This document shows positions 52,001 to 64,000 of a stretch of 64,000 nucleotides of DNA, piece after piece. The stretch's first letter is position 1, and every line of letters starts with the position of its first letter. The notes below the pieces were generated by a model. That model did not search any database. It was given only the letters and a program-made list of their open reading frames with translations, and was not told the origin of the DNA. Origin of the DNA: Eledone cirrhosa. Taxonomy: Eukaryota. A program made the translations under genes and the position numbers. Location: NCBI GenBank assembly GCA_964016885.1, contig OZ024743.1:105958001-106022000 (forward strand). The letters run 5' to 3'.

Positions 52001-53237
52001 CGAATGAAGTGTGCTAAGGAACCAGATGGACCAAACCCACCAGAGTACTCGGTCCACATCTGGGACCTCCAAGATAACAACATAACATACAATCTTACTT
52101 GGAGCTTACTGTCCAGGGCTAACTCCTACTCGGGAGGACGCCGTCCGTGTAACATATGCTCGGAGGAAATAATATAAATGCTATTTACGAAGGGGCACTC
52201 CTAAACAAAAAAAGACGAACTTGTAACTGCATGTAAACACCGATTGCGTAGGACTTACTTCGACCTCAGACCGCCTCATGACCCGGGTGGGTAGACAATG
52301 ACTGCAACATCCTTCTTTTCTACACTTGCCGAACAAGATAGAGGAAACGCCAGCATCCTTCTTTTCTTTTTTCCTTTATCTCTTCTTATCACTACCTTCC
52401 ACTCACTCTCATCTTCCGTTTCCCTTTTCCTCTTTCGCCTACCCTGAGGAAGCCCATCGGGCTTCTCTAGTCTCAGTACCCCCATTCCAGTAAATTCTAT
52501 ATATCATTGGCCGAAAACGCAATACCAGCTAAAAATATAGCAGCTGCTTTAAACTCTGGAGATTTTTTTTATTATTATTTACTATTTAATTTTTAATTTT
52601 TATTATCTTTTAATCTCAATTTATTAACCACTCAATTTTATAACGTCCCGCTCTAATTTCATACACACTCCTTAGAATTTGCTGTATAGAATTCACCTTC
52701 AACGCTTGACCAACTCCACCCACTGCCTCAATATTCTTCAGGCAAGTTCAGGCAAGCTCCACCTCCCACCCACCGCCATGAAAGATTTACCAATTTTGAC
52801 CAATCCTTTTGACAACTACAATTTTCCCATATAAGGAATTACCCCTTGAAAAATTCGGCTATTTATTACCACGCTAATAAATGTTCTGCGGTCGGGGTTA
52901 AACATTTTCCTATATATATATATGAAATGAGGGGCGGAGATAAAAGAAGAGTTAACGGGGATAAAAACGAACAAATCCTTTTCTTAAATCAACCTCTGAA
53001 AAATCACTATATATTTATATATATATATATATATATATATAATGTGTGTTTGTATGTGTGTCTGTGTGTGTGTTTGTGTGTGTATACGGTAGAGGATTAG
53101 ACCTAAATCATATGAAACTGCCAAAATGTGATATTTTACTTAGATATAGTTGTCGGCGATATATACAACGTCTTTCCTAAAACTGTATACTCTCAATCAC
53201 TCACTCATTCACCCACACACATACACACACACACACA

Positions 53238-53337
<100 letters not shown>

Positions 53338-54135
53338 TTGTCTCAATAGCAAGGTCGATCTTACCAGGCCCTTGTGGCAGCTTGACCGACAGTTATGTCA
53401 TAGACTCAACCATTGAAACGGAATACATTCGTAGATATTAATTGAGAATAAAAGAATATCTCCCATGTCCATTCCAAACTGTTAATGAAAAATCAACTTA
53501 TGTTCGTGGATGTTTATATATATGTACAAGCCAACGTGGCAGCAAGACCCTGTCGATTATCGGTTGTCAAACTACTCTAACTCACGTTCGTTCACTCGCC
53601 CTCGCTGATGTGCCACATCATAGACACAGGGTTATGCCACATCATAGACACAGCCAATGATATAATAGAAAAAGGTTTACCATGGGAGATAATAAGAGAG
53701 ACACGCTGAATTAACTAATACGGCTCTCGTGGCTAACTCCTCCGAAAGACTAACACCGCCTTATACGAGCGAGGGTCGTTGTCTTTCTGGGCCGGGGAAC
53801 GGTACAAGTCTTCAGCATTCTCTGCGTCAAGGGCATTGTTAAACGAAATATTTTTCATTTATTGAGTGTAAAATACTTGTGCGAGGATGCTATACATATA
53901 AGTCAACCATAGAGAACATTTATATATTAATGGTACTTATTTTATCCGGCTCCAAATCGATAAAAACAGTAAAAAATGTATTTTATATCCTCGATCCAAA
54001 ATCAAAGAACATATCGCCATGCACCGACCTAGATAACGTAAAACATAAAAAACCTAAAACCCTGACAACTGTGCTAATGGAAGTTATATAAGTTTTCCAA
54101 TGAACGGTAAAAAATGCTCATACATTACACACATG

Positions 54136-54201
<66 letters not shown>

Positions 54202-54258
54202 ATATATATATATATATGTATATATATACATATACATATATATATATGTCTATATATG

Positions 54259-54296
<38 letters not shown>

Positions 54297-54857
54297 GAAT
54301 ATATAGCGTGCTTTAATAACATAAATGTGTTCTTTCACGTTTGAAAATATCACTAGAAATTCAACTCTAACATATTAGCAGTGTGGCCTTGTTTTGCTTC
54401 GTTTTCAGATATATTATGCAATTCTTTCTACAAATAGATTGTTGCCGATTCTAATATTGACATATTCTTTTCAGATCTCTAAGATTTCCCAACAGTAATT
54501 TCAGTTGGAATATATTACATCCATGTCAAATAAGCAAATACAGTCACATGCATATATACAGACAAACATACACACACATACACATACACATAAACACAGA
54601 AATATATTTTTATGTATAAATATATTTTATCCCCTAAAAACATCCATTTGTAGGTTCCACCATTTTGTCATTCTACCCGCCGCTGGTAGCAACAGGGAAA
54701 TGGTGAAGCTTATAAGTAACTGTCAACGTTTATGATATAACATTTATTACTTTTACTTTAAATTTCGTATCGAATTCTATATTAGATAGTGTTTTACCAA
54801 TATAGTAATTTATAATACACAACTATAACATTATATTATTTATATATATATTCATAT

Positions 54858-56275
54858 CTTGGTTGTCCATCGTAAACGATGATGACATCTTCTTTATTTT
54901 ATTTTAGTTCCTGTCTGCCATGGGCACGTGGGTGGCTGTGGAGGCCGATCCTTGACTTGCAGGTCCGGGAACAGTGGGGGCAGGGGAAGAGACCGGAGTC
55001 GCTTGGGGCAGCTGTTGATGCCTTTATCCTCCTTTCACGGGCGTCAGTGACATCTGCCCATCTCTTCTTTTCAAAAGGGTATTTGGCGCGTCTGGTTAGG
55101 GCTCCCGACTCAGTCCTGTCCTGAGCATGAGACTCGAGTTGTTTTGGCGCGATTCCAGTGTTGTTTACCCGAACAGAGTTCCCCATACATCAATTGCTTC
55201 GGAAGCCTGTGTTCGTCCATCCGGATGACATCTCCCACCCTTCGAAGTTGGCTCTTCAGTATCATAGCTTCGACACTGGTTGTCTCAGCCATGTCAAGAA
55301 CTTCGATGTTGGAGACATTGTCCTGCCATTTGATGTTTATGATTGACCGCAGGCTGCGCATGTAGAACCGTTCCAGCTGCTTCAGGTGCCTTCTGTACAG
55401 TGTCCATGTCTCACATCCGTAGAGGAGGCTGGTGAGAACAACGGCCCCGTACACCTTGATCTGGGTGGACTGCTTGATGTTGTGCTGGTTCAGGACGCGT
55501 GTCCTCAGGCGGCCAATGGCTTGCCTGGCCTTGCAGATTCTGGCATTTATCTCCTTGTCGAGGCTTCCATCGCTGCAGATGACACTGCCGATGTACTTGA
55601 AGTCGTCCACCGTTTCTAGCTGGGTGCCTTCGATGGAGATGGAAGGAGGGTGGGAGACGGAGGAAGGTGCAGGCTGGAACACGACCTCAGTCTTGTCAAG
55701 GCTAATTGTGAGACCGAAGAGTCAGGAAGCCTCCGCGAACTTGTTGAAGATGAGCTGGAGGTCAGAATCCCTGTGGGCCATGAGGGCACACTCGTCAGAA
55801 AAAAGTGCCTCCAGAACGATCCTCCGCAGGTCCTTGTCTTGGCCGTCATACCCCGTAGGTCAAACAGGGAGCCTTCCAATCTATATCGCAGATACACTCC
55901 GTGCTTGAGGTCCCTGAGGGCATGATTGAGCGCGCAGGTGAAAAACAGGTTGAAGAGGACGGGAGCCGGCACGCATCTTTGGTTGACGCCGTTGGTGATT
56001 CCGAACGGCTCCAATGCCGCTCCGCCCGAGCGCACTTGCCCGGTCATGGAATTTCCGTATCAGGTTCACAAACATTTTTGGGCATCCAAACTACAACAGG
56101 ATCGACCCGCCAGCCAAGGCGGTTTACCAGGGTGTGGCCGCTTTCGCATGCTACAGCTTCTTGGGGCCACACTTGAGAGCTGAGTTCAGGTGGGACCCAA
56201 TGCAGGACGAGCTGTCCTGAAAAGGGAATGGCTAGCCCTCCCTACAGAGGTACATGCCCCTCCCCTACATCCCCG
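54858..56275 (-). mobile_element. RTE/BovB-like LINE derivative: 3' RT portion plus C-terminal zinc finger, joined to a short GC-rich 5' segment
   Basis: Minus-strand fragments: FGCPKMFVNLIRKFHD, GVNQRCVPAPVLFNLFF, DDFKYIGS, LLYGCETW, RLPKQLMYGEL and CPHCSRTCKSRIGLHSH. The 3' end is gtcatcatcgtttacgatggacaacc. GC content is much higher than the flanks. Confidence 0.85.
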
Positions 56276-56628
56276 GCATATACACACATATATACATACG
56301 CATACATATGCACAAGTGTATATACATATTTACACATTTTTGGAAGGCCGTTGACTCTTATCAGATCTTCCGCCTTTTGTCAGGTTTGGTTTTTTCCTGC
56401 AGGGTGTCCAAAATGTCGCCCCTCACCAAGTAAACTTGGTGGGGAATGCCAGTTTAGTCGCCGACGACCCGACCATGCGACATGATGTACTGGTTTACAT
56501 GTTGGCAGTAGCACACAAGAGTGACCTGACATGTATATATTCATATAAATGTACACATATATATACCTCTATACATGCATACATACATAGTCTCACACAC
56601 ACACAATCACACAAACACATGCACGCAC

Positions 56629-56709
<81 letters not shown>

Positions 56710-57208
56710 GGTGTGTGTGTGTGTGTGCGTGTGCGTGTGTGTGTGTGTGCGTGTGTGTGTGTGTATTAATATATTATAAGAGTGTATGTTCATTTCTTTC
56801 GTGACTAAATGTATTTTTATTTCATTTGGTGGTAGATAACAATTCTGTTTTCAAGGCTATATTTTTATGCAGTCACACTATTCATCTTCCACATACCAGC
56901 TGCTTTGCATCTACCTAATCTACTATTTATTAGGTTCCTCAGTTCATATTTTATACTGCTCGTGGCTATTTGTACCCACAAATCAAATATAGTTTCTCGT
57001 AAGAGGAATAGAGCACAAGCATTGACATACTCATTCAGTGGAGAAACGACTACAGTAATAAAATCTATACCATTTTACATCTTTCACCCAATGCAGAGAA
57101 TTTCAACCGTGCTTGTATAGATGGCTTTGTCATGTTTAACTATCAGTACCCACTCACACAGTTCTTGAGACAGCTGTGACACGACCAAAGATTAAACCCG
57201 GAGAAAAT

Positions 57209-57391
57209 AATTGTTTCCACTTTTGGCACAAGGCCAGCAAATTACCCAGTGCATTACTGGTACTTTATTTTATCGACCCGTAAAGATGAAAGGCAAAGTT
57301 AACCTCGGTGGGATCTGAACTCAGATTGGAAAGGGCCGTAACTCTATGCATCAAAGCATGGCCTCCTACCCTCTACCCATACTGCCAATCC
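57209..57391 (-). mobile_element. tRNA-derived SINE
   Basis: Reverse complement of the family sequence, with agaaaataat flanking both ends. Confidence 0.88.
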
Positions 57392-57485
57392 AGATACGAA
57401 GAAAATAATATTTATCAGATATGATCTAAACATGTATTACTTCATATACGCCACTACTAACTATGTAATATTATTGTCTTTACAA

Positions 57486-58062
57486 GGGCGGTGGATTGGC
57501 AGTATCGGTAGAGGGTCGGACGCCATGCTTTCCAGCATAGTTACGTCCCTTTACGATCTTAGTTCAAATCCCGCCGATGTTGACTTTGCCTTTCATCCTT
57601 ACGGGGTCGATAAAATAAAGTACCATTAATGAACTGGTTAATTGCTGGCCTTGTGCCTAAAGTAGAAACAATTATAAAGGGCGGTGGATTGGCAGTATCG
57701 GTAGAGGTCGGACGCCATGCTTTCTAGCATAGTTACGTCCCTTTACGATCTGAGTTCAAATCCCGCCGAGGTTGACTTTGCCTTTCATCCTTACGGGGTC
57801 GATAAAATAAAGTACCAGTAATGCACTGGGTAATTGCTGGCCTTGTGCCTAAAATAGAAACAATTATTGTCTTTATAATTCGCTGGATTGGCAGTATCGG
57901 TAGAGGACGGACCCTTGCTTTGCAGCATAGAGTTACGGCAATTTATGATCTAGTTCAAATCCCGCCGAGGTTAACTTTGCCTTACATCCTTACGGGGTCG
58001 ATTAGATACAGTACCAGTTATGCACTGGGATAATTGCTGGCCTTGTGCCAAAAGTAGAAACA
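57486..58062 (+). mobile_element. Three tandem SINE copies (57486-57672, 57679-57862, 57881-58062)
   Basis: Three head-to-tail family copies. attattgtcttta(c/t)aa recurs at 57470, 57863 and 58063. Confidence 0.92.
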
Positions 58063-58694
58063 ATTATTGTCTTTATAATTACACACTCTCTATGCTGTAA
58101 GTTTACATCCGAACGTAAGTTCACTTTTCAAGATCCCCCCTTCTCTCTCTCTCCCTCTCTCTTTATATATTTTTATATATATGTATATTTCTTCTGGAAC
58201 TAATCGTGCCTGTGTTCAAGATCGGAGAGGAAATGTTCTGCGCCAGTTTTAATATGCCCAAGACACGCCGTATATCAATGCCATGCTCTTACCACTTCCT
58301 CAAGATTTATGTCTCAATACATACATACATTCAACACAAACGTAAAAGACGCACAGATGCACATCGTTCTGTTTATCTTGATTATATATCATTCATTGAC
58401 TAAGTTCCCTATTTAACAATCTTGGCATTCATCATTTTCTCTCTCTCATGATGAACTTAAGTTTAAGGTAGGCGCTAAAACACTGGTGGATGGTTTTACG
58501 TACCGAACAGACCTAAGTTTACATATTAGTATATTTCACCATTTACCTAGCTTACGATGTATAAAACAATCCTGATATAGTTTAACTTTTATGGTATAAC
58601 TCATCTATTACACCTCTGATGTTAAGCATTTCGTCAAAATATGTTTTGTTTCTCTTTAAGATAATCAACTAAAAAATATGTGACTTTGCTTTAA

Positions 58695-58751
58695 ACATAG
58701 TTAAACTTAATCTCATAGTTAAAACTTAATCTCATAGTTAAACTTAATCTC
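58695..58751. repeat. Short tandem repeat (catagttaaacttaatct), 3 copies
   Basis: Read directly. Confidence 0.85.
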
Positions 58752-58952
58752 TCGCTTAGTTTGAAGCTATCTTCAAGGTACATTATTTGAAGTCAGGCGG
58801 ACTATCTGTCACTGTAAGTGTTAGATGCTGCACAAAACGTCTTTACTTTCAAAATATCCTACACTAAGCAGGGTGCTTACCCCTTTCTGATTATAGTAAA
58901 TGTATAAAAACATATAAACCTATCATATAGGATGTTTACTTATCAAATAATT

Positions 58953-59099
58953 GTTTCTACTTTTCGCTCAAAGCCAGCAATTACCCAGTGCATTTCTGGT
59001 ACATTATTTTATCGACGGGATTTGAACTCAGACCGTAAAGGGACGTAACTATGCTGGAAAGCATGGCGTGCGACCCTCTACCGATACTGCCAATTCACC
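58953..59099 (-). mobile_element. Internally deleted SINE with 19-bp TSD
   Basis: gtttacttatcaaataatt at 58934-58952 and 59100-59118. The body segment between atcgac and gggatttgaac is missing. Confidence 0.88.
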
Positions 59100-62000
59100 G
59101 TTTACTTATCAAATAATTTAAACCAAATAAACTGCCAATAATCTAAATCCTAAACCATACACATTGCCAGCCAAAAATGGTTGATTCTATACAAATCAAA
59201 TAAACACTTTATAGATTCTGCCTAGTTGCTTTCGACTATCTAGAGTCGTAGTTGTATAGTATGTTGAGCCTCTGAAACTTGTTACTGTCGTACAATATAG
59301 GAGTAAACATCATCATACATAAATATGTACCTAAGTTAGTTTATGTTGCTTATGACACGGCGCCAAAATATATTCTCCTACTTTTGTCATAAAGTTGACA
59401 ACTTCACATTATCAAATGTTTTATTTACAAGCCATGGGATATTTGTGAATTTTCTCATATGCTAGAGATGTTTACAATATGGAACTCTTCGTTTCAATTT
59501 CATACATAAAACATACTTGAAAGGTTCTTATGCGTTCTATTATATATCTTGTCATTTAAAAATATGATGTATAGCAAAATAATATTCTTGTTCCTTCATA
59601 AATGGAGTTTACTGGGAATTCTGAGAAATAGATGCGATATTTATATTGTTCTAAATTCTAGAGAATATGTCATTCGCTACATATTCTAGGATGATCATAT
59701 CTCATGAGTAGTGTTGATACGAGTTATTATGTCTGTTTTCCCTTATTATTCAGCATTTTTAATATGTTTGAATCCAAACAAATAAGTGTATCCACAAATG
59801 CTGTAATGCTGCTTACAATACTGAACGTAACGTCTTATGTAATATATAAATATATACTATAAATCCTATAAAACCTTACAAGTACAAAAGTATAGAAGAT
59901 GATATCCCAAAAGTTTCAATCTATCTACAAAATATCTTTTACGTCAAAATTAAAAGAAACATATTTGTTATAGAACCTTCAAGCGGAATCATGTTTCAAT
60001 TCTATTACGACTCATTTTAGGCGAACAAACAGCGAATTATTCTGGTGGTATTTATTTTCTTAACATCGTGTTCCACATAAAAATATACTTGAACAGTATA
60101 AAACGGCCCTAGTCCTGTGAATCCTTTACTCAAATACTGCAAAATTTACTAAATAACTGCCCACTAATGAAGCCTCTGTAAATATTTCATTTGAGAAACA
60201 TAATATTAGATATTTTCTGCTAAATCATTACAGGGTGATTATAGTTAATGCAAGTATCCGCTATATTAGCACAGTGAATTGTTTGAAATACTATAATTGT
60301 GAGCATGAAATTGCATGCTAAGTAGTTCAATTTTAACGTAAAGAGATTCGAGAAATATAGAACTGATAGTTTCATTTTAAACTATATTTTCTTGGAAAAG
60401 TTGAATAAACCGAAATAAATGCGGAGTTGTTTTGGTAAAGTTCAAAGATCCGACTCACCACCCACTGCATTTCATACATTGATTAATACATTCTTATATC
60501 GAGTTATCTCCTTTGCTCCTCTTCACGAGAATTGTTATTAAAGCTGATGTATTTCCTGTTGATTACAAGAAAAAATTTCAGTTGATTAAAGGTTAATTAC
60601 GTTATAATGATTGACATATTCTAGGCCACGCGTAAATATGTCCATGATACTGAAGGGATCTCTAAAACGATTTCTAAATCCCGGAGTAATGGTTCAATTT
60701 CCTAATAGATCTTTCTGTCGAAGATATATCATAACAGAAAAATCTCAACGCACGCTTTCTGCCGCTCTGAGTATGGTTAGAGCGGTGACTTAAGCCACCT
60801 CAAAAATTGGTTTATTTTGTATTGAGAATTACGGATTTTGGCTATAAAAGGCCTAGTGACAGATTAATAAACACTAATGGCTTATCCGATTGTTTTGTAT
60901 TTATAAAATTTGGTAGGCAGCTAATTTGGAGATTAGTTAGAACGTCGGATAGATTGATGTGCAGTATTTGTTCCGAGTTTCTGCATTTTGGGATCAAATA
61001 GCCGAGGAAAACTTTACATTTCAATATGTTGATAAAAAGTACCAGTTCAGTACTATGAACTATACTTCTATAATCTTTTTCTAATTTCTTCTCATTTTCT
61101 CTTTCTCTCTTTCTCTGGAAGAAATCGGCTGTGTTCGGAACTAGAGAGCTAATGCTCACTGCCTAGATTAAAATGCCAAGGCAGGTAACATATCTCGACG
61201 AAGATCCTACGATACCACCAGGAGTTAGCAAATGAATAGTAAACACGGTTTCCAAAATAGAATCATATTTAAAATATCAACGATACACAAACGAATGTTG
61301 TAATCAGTGTAATAAATATTCCTTTGTCCCTTAAATATTTAATATTTAGTTGATAGTTTTCGTTTAGAGGAAACACTAAAAATATTGATTTTGATTTGAT
61401 TTATTAAGGAAGAATGATTAATAATTTGGAAATCAATGACTGTTGAAATAATCGCCACATGCGCTTGACAATGAACTATAAAACACTGCACTAAATGGCA
61501 TTAGTATGTACGGTACTTCATCTCACACGATTCTCTTAAAAATATTATATCGATTTTTTTTTCTTAAGCAATGTACATATATTTTAATCGATTTAAATTG
61601 TCCTCGATTCAAATGATCTATAAAACTTTAAAACAATTTTTGGTAAAGCCCCAAAACAACATCGAATTTCATGTGGTGATAGTAATTCAGCATAATTTCT
61701 GCTCTACATATTCAATGTAAAACCTATACTCGAGAATTAACCGAACTGCAAAAGCTTAATCCATTATCGAACCTGTTTCAACATTCCGAATTTCCATCAA
61801 ATCTGTATAATGTTATTGCATTTAAATCGACAGACACTTGAATGTTTTGTTTATAGATTTGTTACAATGGATTAATATAAGGGGTATATTATAAAGAGTG
61901 ATCTAAGTAGCTTAAGGTTGTGAAGAAAAGAAAATACGCTACCCATCAATTATAACTATGACACAAGAAGAGATCAGTTTCCACTCTAACATTCTTTACT

Positions 62001-62367
62001 AGCGGACATAATTTACCAATTTTAGGGAAAACGAATTGTAACGATGTCTCAAATATGCAACAGTTATTCACTGCAATTTCGATGTGGATGTATCATGTAT
62101 TATTTGCAAATCTGGGTGCCCCAAACACAGAAAATAATTGTTATAACTTTCAACCATTAAATGAAAAGGTAAACAAATTGGACACATTACTCTAACAGAC
62201 GGAACATGAGGGGCACAGGTGCTGATGCTCCCCTAATCGTTTTGGTGAAATCTCTTCAATGAAATGTATGTAATTTGTTATGCCATACGCACAATGTGGC
62301 AGATGTCTCTCGGTTGATACTGATGACTGGTTATTTGATTCTTAGACAAGCAAGTACAATTTATCCG

Positions 62368-62441
<74 letters not shown>

Positions 62442-62447
<6 letters not shown>

Positions 62448-63547
62448 TAAAGGTTAACATATACATAAAGTTATAGATATATATATATGTTGCAACTGGT
62501 CACTTTTAAGCTCTATGAAGAATTAATAAATTAAAAAATCAGAGCAATATATCATAAATCATGTCTTTAGAATCATCAGATAAAATATATACTATTTCTT
62601 CTTCTAATTAGCATAATTAACCATGTAAAATTAGATCAAGCTATAAGAAGAAAGGCTCTTATGGAGAAATCTCCGACAAATAACCGAACGTAGCCTCTTC
62701 GCGGTGGCGCCAATCGAGTATTTATCCAACATTTCGACAGCATGTAGAAACTGACTGAATATATCATCAACCATACACAATTAGGTGTAAAATTAAACTT
62801 AGAAGAAATGCGTACATACCGTAATCATATCTCTACCATGATTTCATCCGTATTTTTAGACATCTAAATTTTTAGACATCAAAAGACATGATTTATGATA
62901 TATTGCTGTGATTTTTTAATTTATTAATTCATCATAGAGCTTAAAAGTGACCAGTTGCAACATATATATATCTATAACGTTATGTATATGTTAACCTTTA
63001 TATTTAGTAATCTCCCGAAAGGTTGAGATTAAATTTGGCGATATTTGGCTGCGCTTTTTAGCAGCAAGCCTACCCGCCGTAAGCAACCAATCACATTCTT
63101 TCTGGCTTGACCACAGCCACATAGCGATTCTTAGCCATTTTTGAATCTATTTTTGGCGGAATCGGGTTGAAAAACTAGATGTCTGATTTTGAGTTTGTCT
63201 CCTGATGAATCCTAATTCAGGACATTCCTATTATTTGGATGTCTAAAAATACGGATGAAACCACGGTAGAGATATGATTACGGTATGTACGCATTTCTTC
63301 TAAGTTTAATTTTACACCTAATTGTGTATGGTTGATGATATATTCAGTCAGTTTCTACATGCTGTCGAAATGTTGGATAAATACTCGATTGGGGCCACCG
63401 CGAAGAGGCTACGTTCGGTTATTTGTCGGAGATTTCTCCATAAGAGCCTTTCTTCTTATAGCTTGATCTAATTTTATATGGTTAATTATGCTAATTAGAA
63501 GAAGAAATAGTATATATTTTATCTGATGATTCTAAATACATGATTTA

Positions 63548-63555
<8 letters not shown>
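62442..63555. mobile_element. Family B composite inserted in (TA)n: nested inverted duplications around an intact hammerhead
   Basis: 62442-62568 is inverted at 62883-63006, and 62548-62868 is inverted at 63234-63555. (TA)n lies on both outer flanks. Confidence 0.88.
63196..63274 (+). ncRNA. Type I hammerhead ribozyme (family B) with extended stem II
   Basis: Stem I tgtctc/gagata, CTGATGA 63202-63208, stem II atcc/ggat with inner gacat(t)cc/ggatgtc, GAAA 63257-63260, stem III ccacgg, GUA triplet. Predicted cleavage is after 63268. Confidence 0.85.
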
Positions 63556-63634
<79 letters not shown>

Positions 63635-63678
63635 AAGTTAAATAAAAGTCAAATGATTAAAATTTAGCTTCGTTTATT

Positions 63679-63733
63679 ACTGCTATATATATTTCAGTGA
63701 CAGCCATCTTTGGCTGTGACCTCTTCAGGCAGT
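63679..63733 (-). ncRNA. Minimal type I hammerhead ribozyme (family C)
   Basis: Minus strand: actgc-CTGAAGA-ggtcacagcca-aaga-tggctgtcact-GAAA-tatata-TA-gcagt. Stem I is 5 bp, 10 of 11 stem II positions pair, and stem III is palindromic. It is followed by aataaa and (TA)n. Confidence 0.88.
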
Positions 63734-64000
63734 TTGAATTAGTATGGTATAGACAAGTAAATATGTTGTTTAGGTGTATGATATTGTCAATACTCTGATA
63801 TGCCCAGTTCCTTGTTGGGTTGTTAATTCACTGGGGAACTGGAGTCATATGAATTCAAACAAACGAATTTTAGTGTCACAGGTCCCCTTCTCCTCTCATT
63901 GGTCAGTTATTAGTGTTGTCATTGTTGGAGTTAGCTTACAAATTGATAAAATGGTAGAAGGGACAAGGTGTTGAAGGAACAAAATATCAAAAAATGTGTC

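Noticed and set aside
52276-52485. 69-aa basic ORF (RRKRKRETEDESEWKVV..KKKRR) resembling a LINE ORF1 linker
   Set aside because: It is low-complexity and short with no diagnostic domain, and belongs to an unclassified repeat at ~52.0-52.9 kb.
57486-58080. Regularly spaced repeats resembling a CRISPR array or tRNA gene cluster
   Set aside because: The units are ~190-bp SINEs with TSDs. There are no unique spacers, no cas genes and no complete cloverleaf.
63515-63555. Second CTGATGA in family B (also on the minus strand at ~62573)
   Set aside because: It is followed by GATA rather than GAAA, stem I pairs poorly, and the 37.9-kb homologue reads CTTGTGA.

Overview
Eukaryotic, AT-rich, microsatellite-dense DNA made almost entirely of repeats. 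It is probably intronic or intergenic cephalopod (octopus-like) sequence, inferred from the SINE and repeat landscape. No host protein-coding gene can be supported. Positions 3.2-16.6 kb hold three non-LTR retrotransposons stacked on one (TAA)n tract: a decayed R4/Dong-like RLE element, a near-intact L1-Tx1 element on the minus strand, and an intact 1216-aa R4/Dong-like element with a pseudoknotted 5' leader. The rest contains about 18 copies of a tRNA-derived SINE, three RTE-clade remnants, a DD37D Tc1/mariner (maT-type) element, a non-autonomous Helitron, several Penelope-like (PLE) remnants and several long fold-back repeats. The most striking unannotated signal is a set of minimal type I hammerhead ribozyme motifs from about six different sequence families. 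Four have intact cores with a paired stem I (37485-37549 minus, 37630-37694 plus, 63196-63274 plus, 63679-63733 minus). Most lie in short non-coding modules next to (TA)n tracts, often as inverted pairs, which suggests ribozyme-carrying non-autonomous PLE pseudo-LTR or retrozyme-like elements. All calls are by eye and no database search was run.
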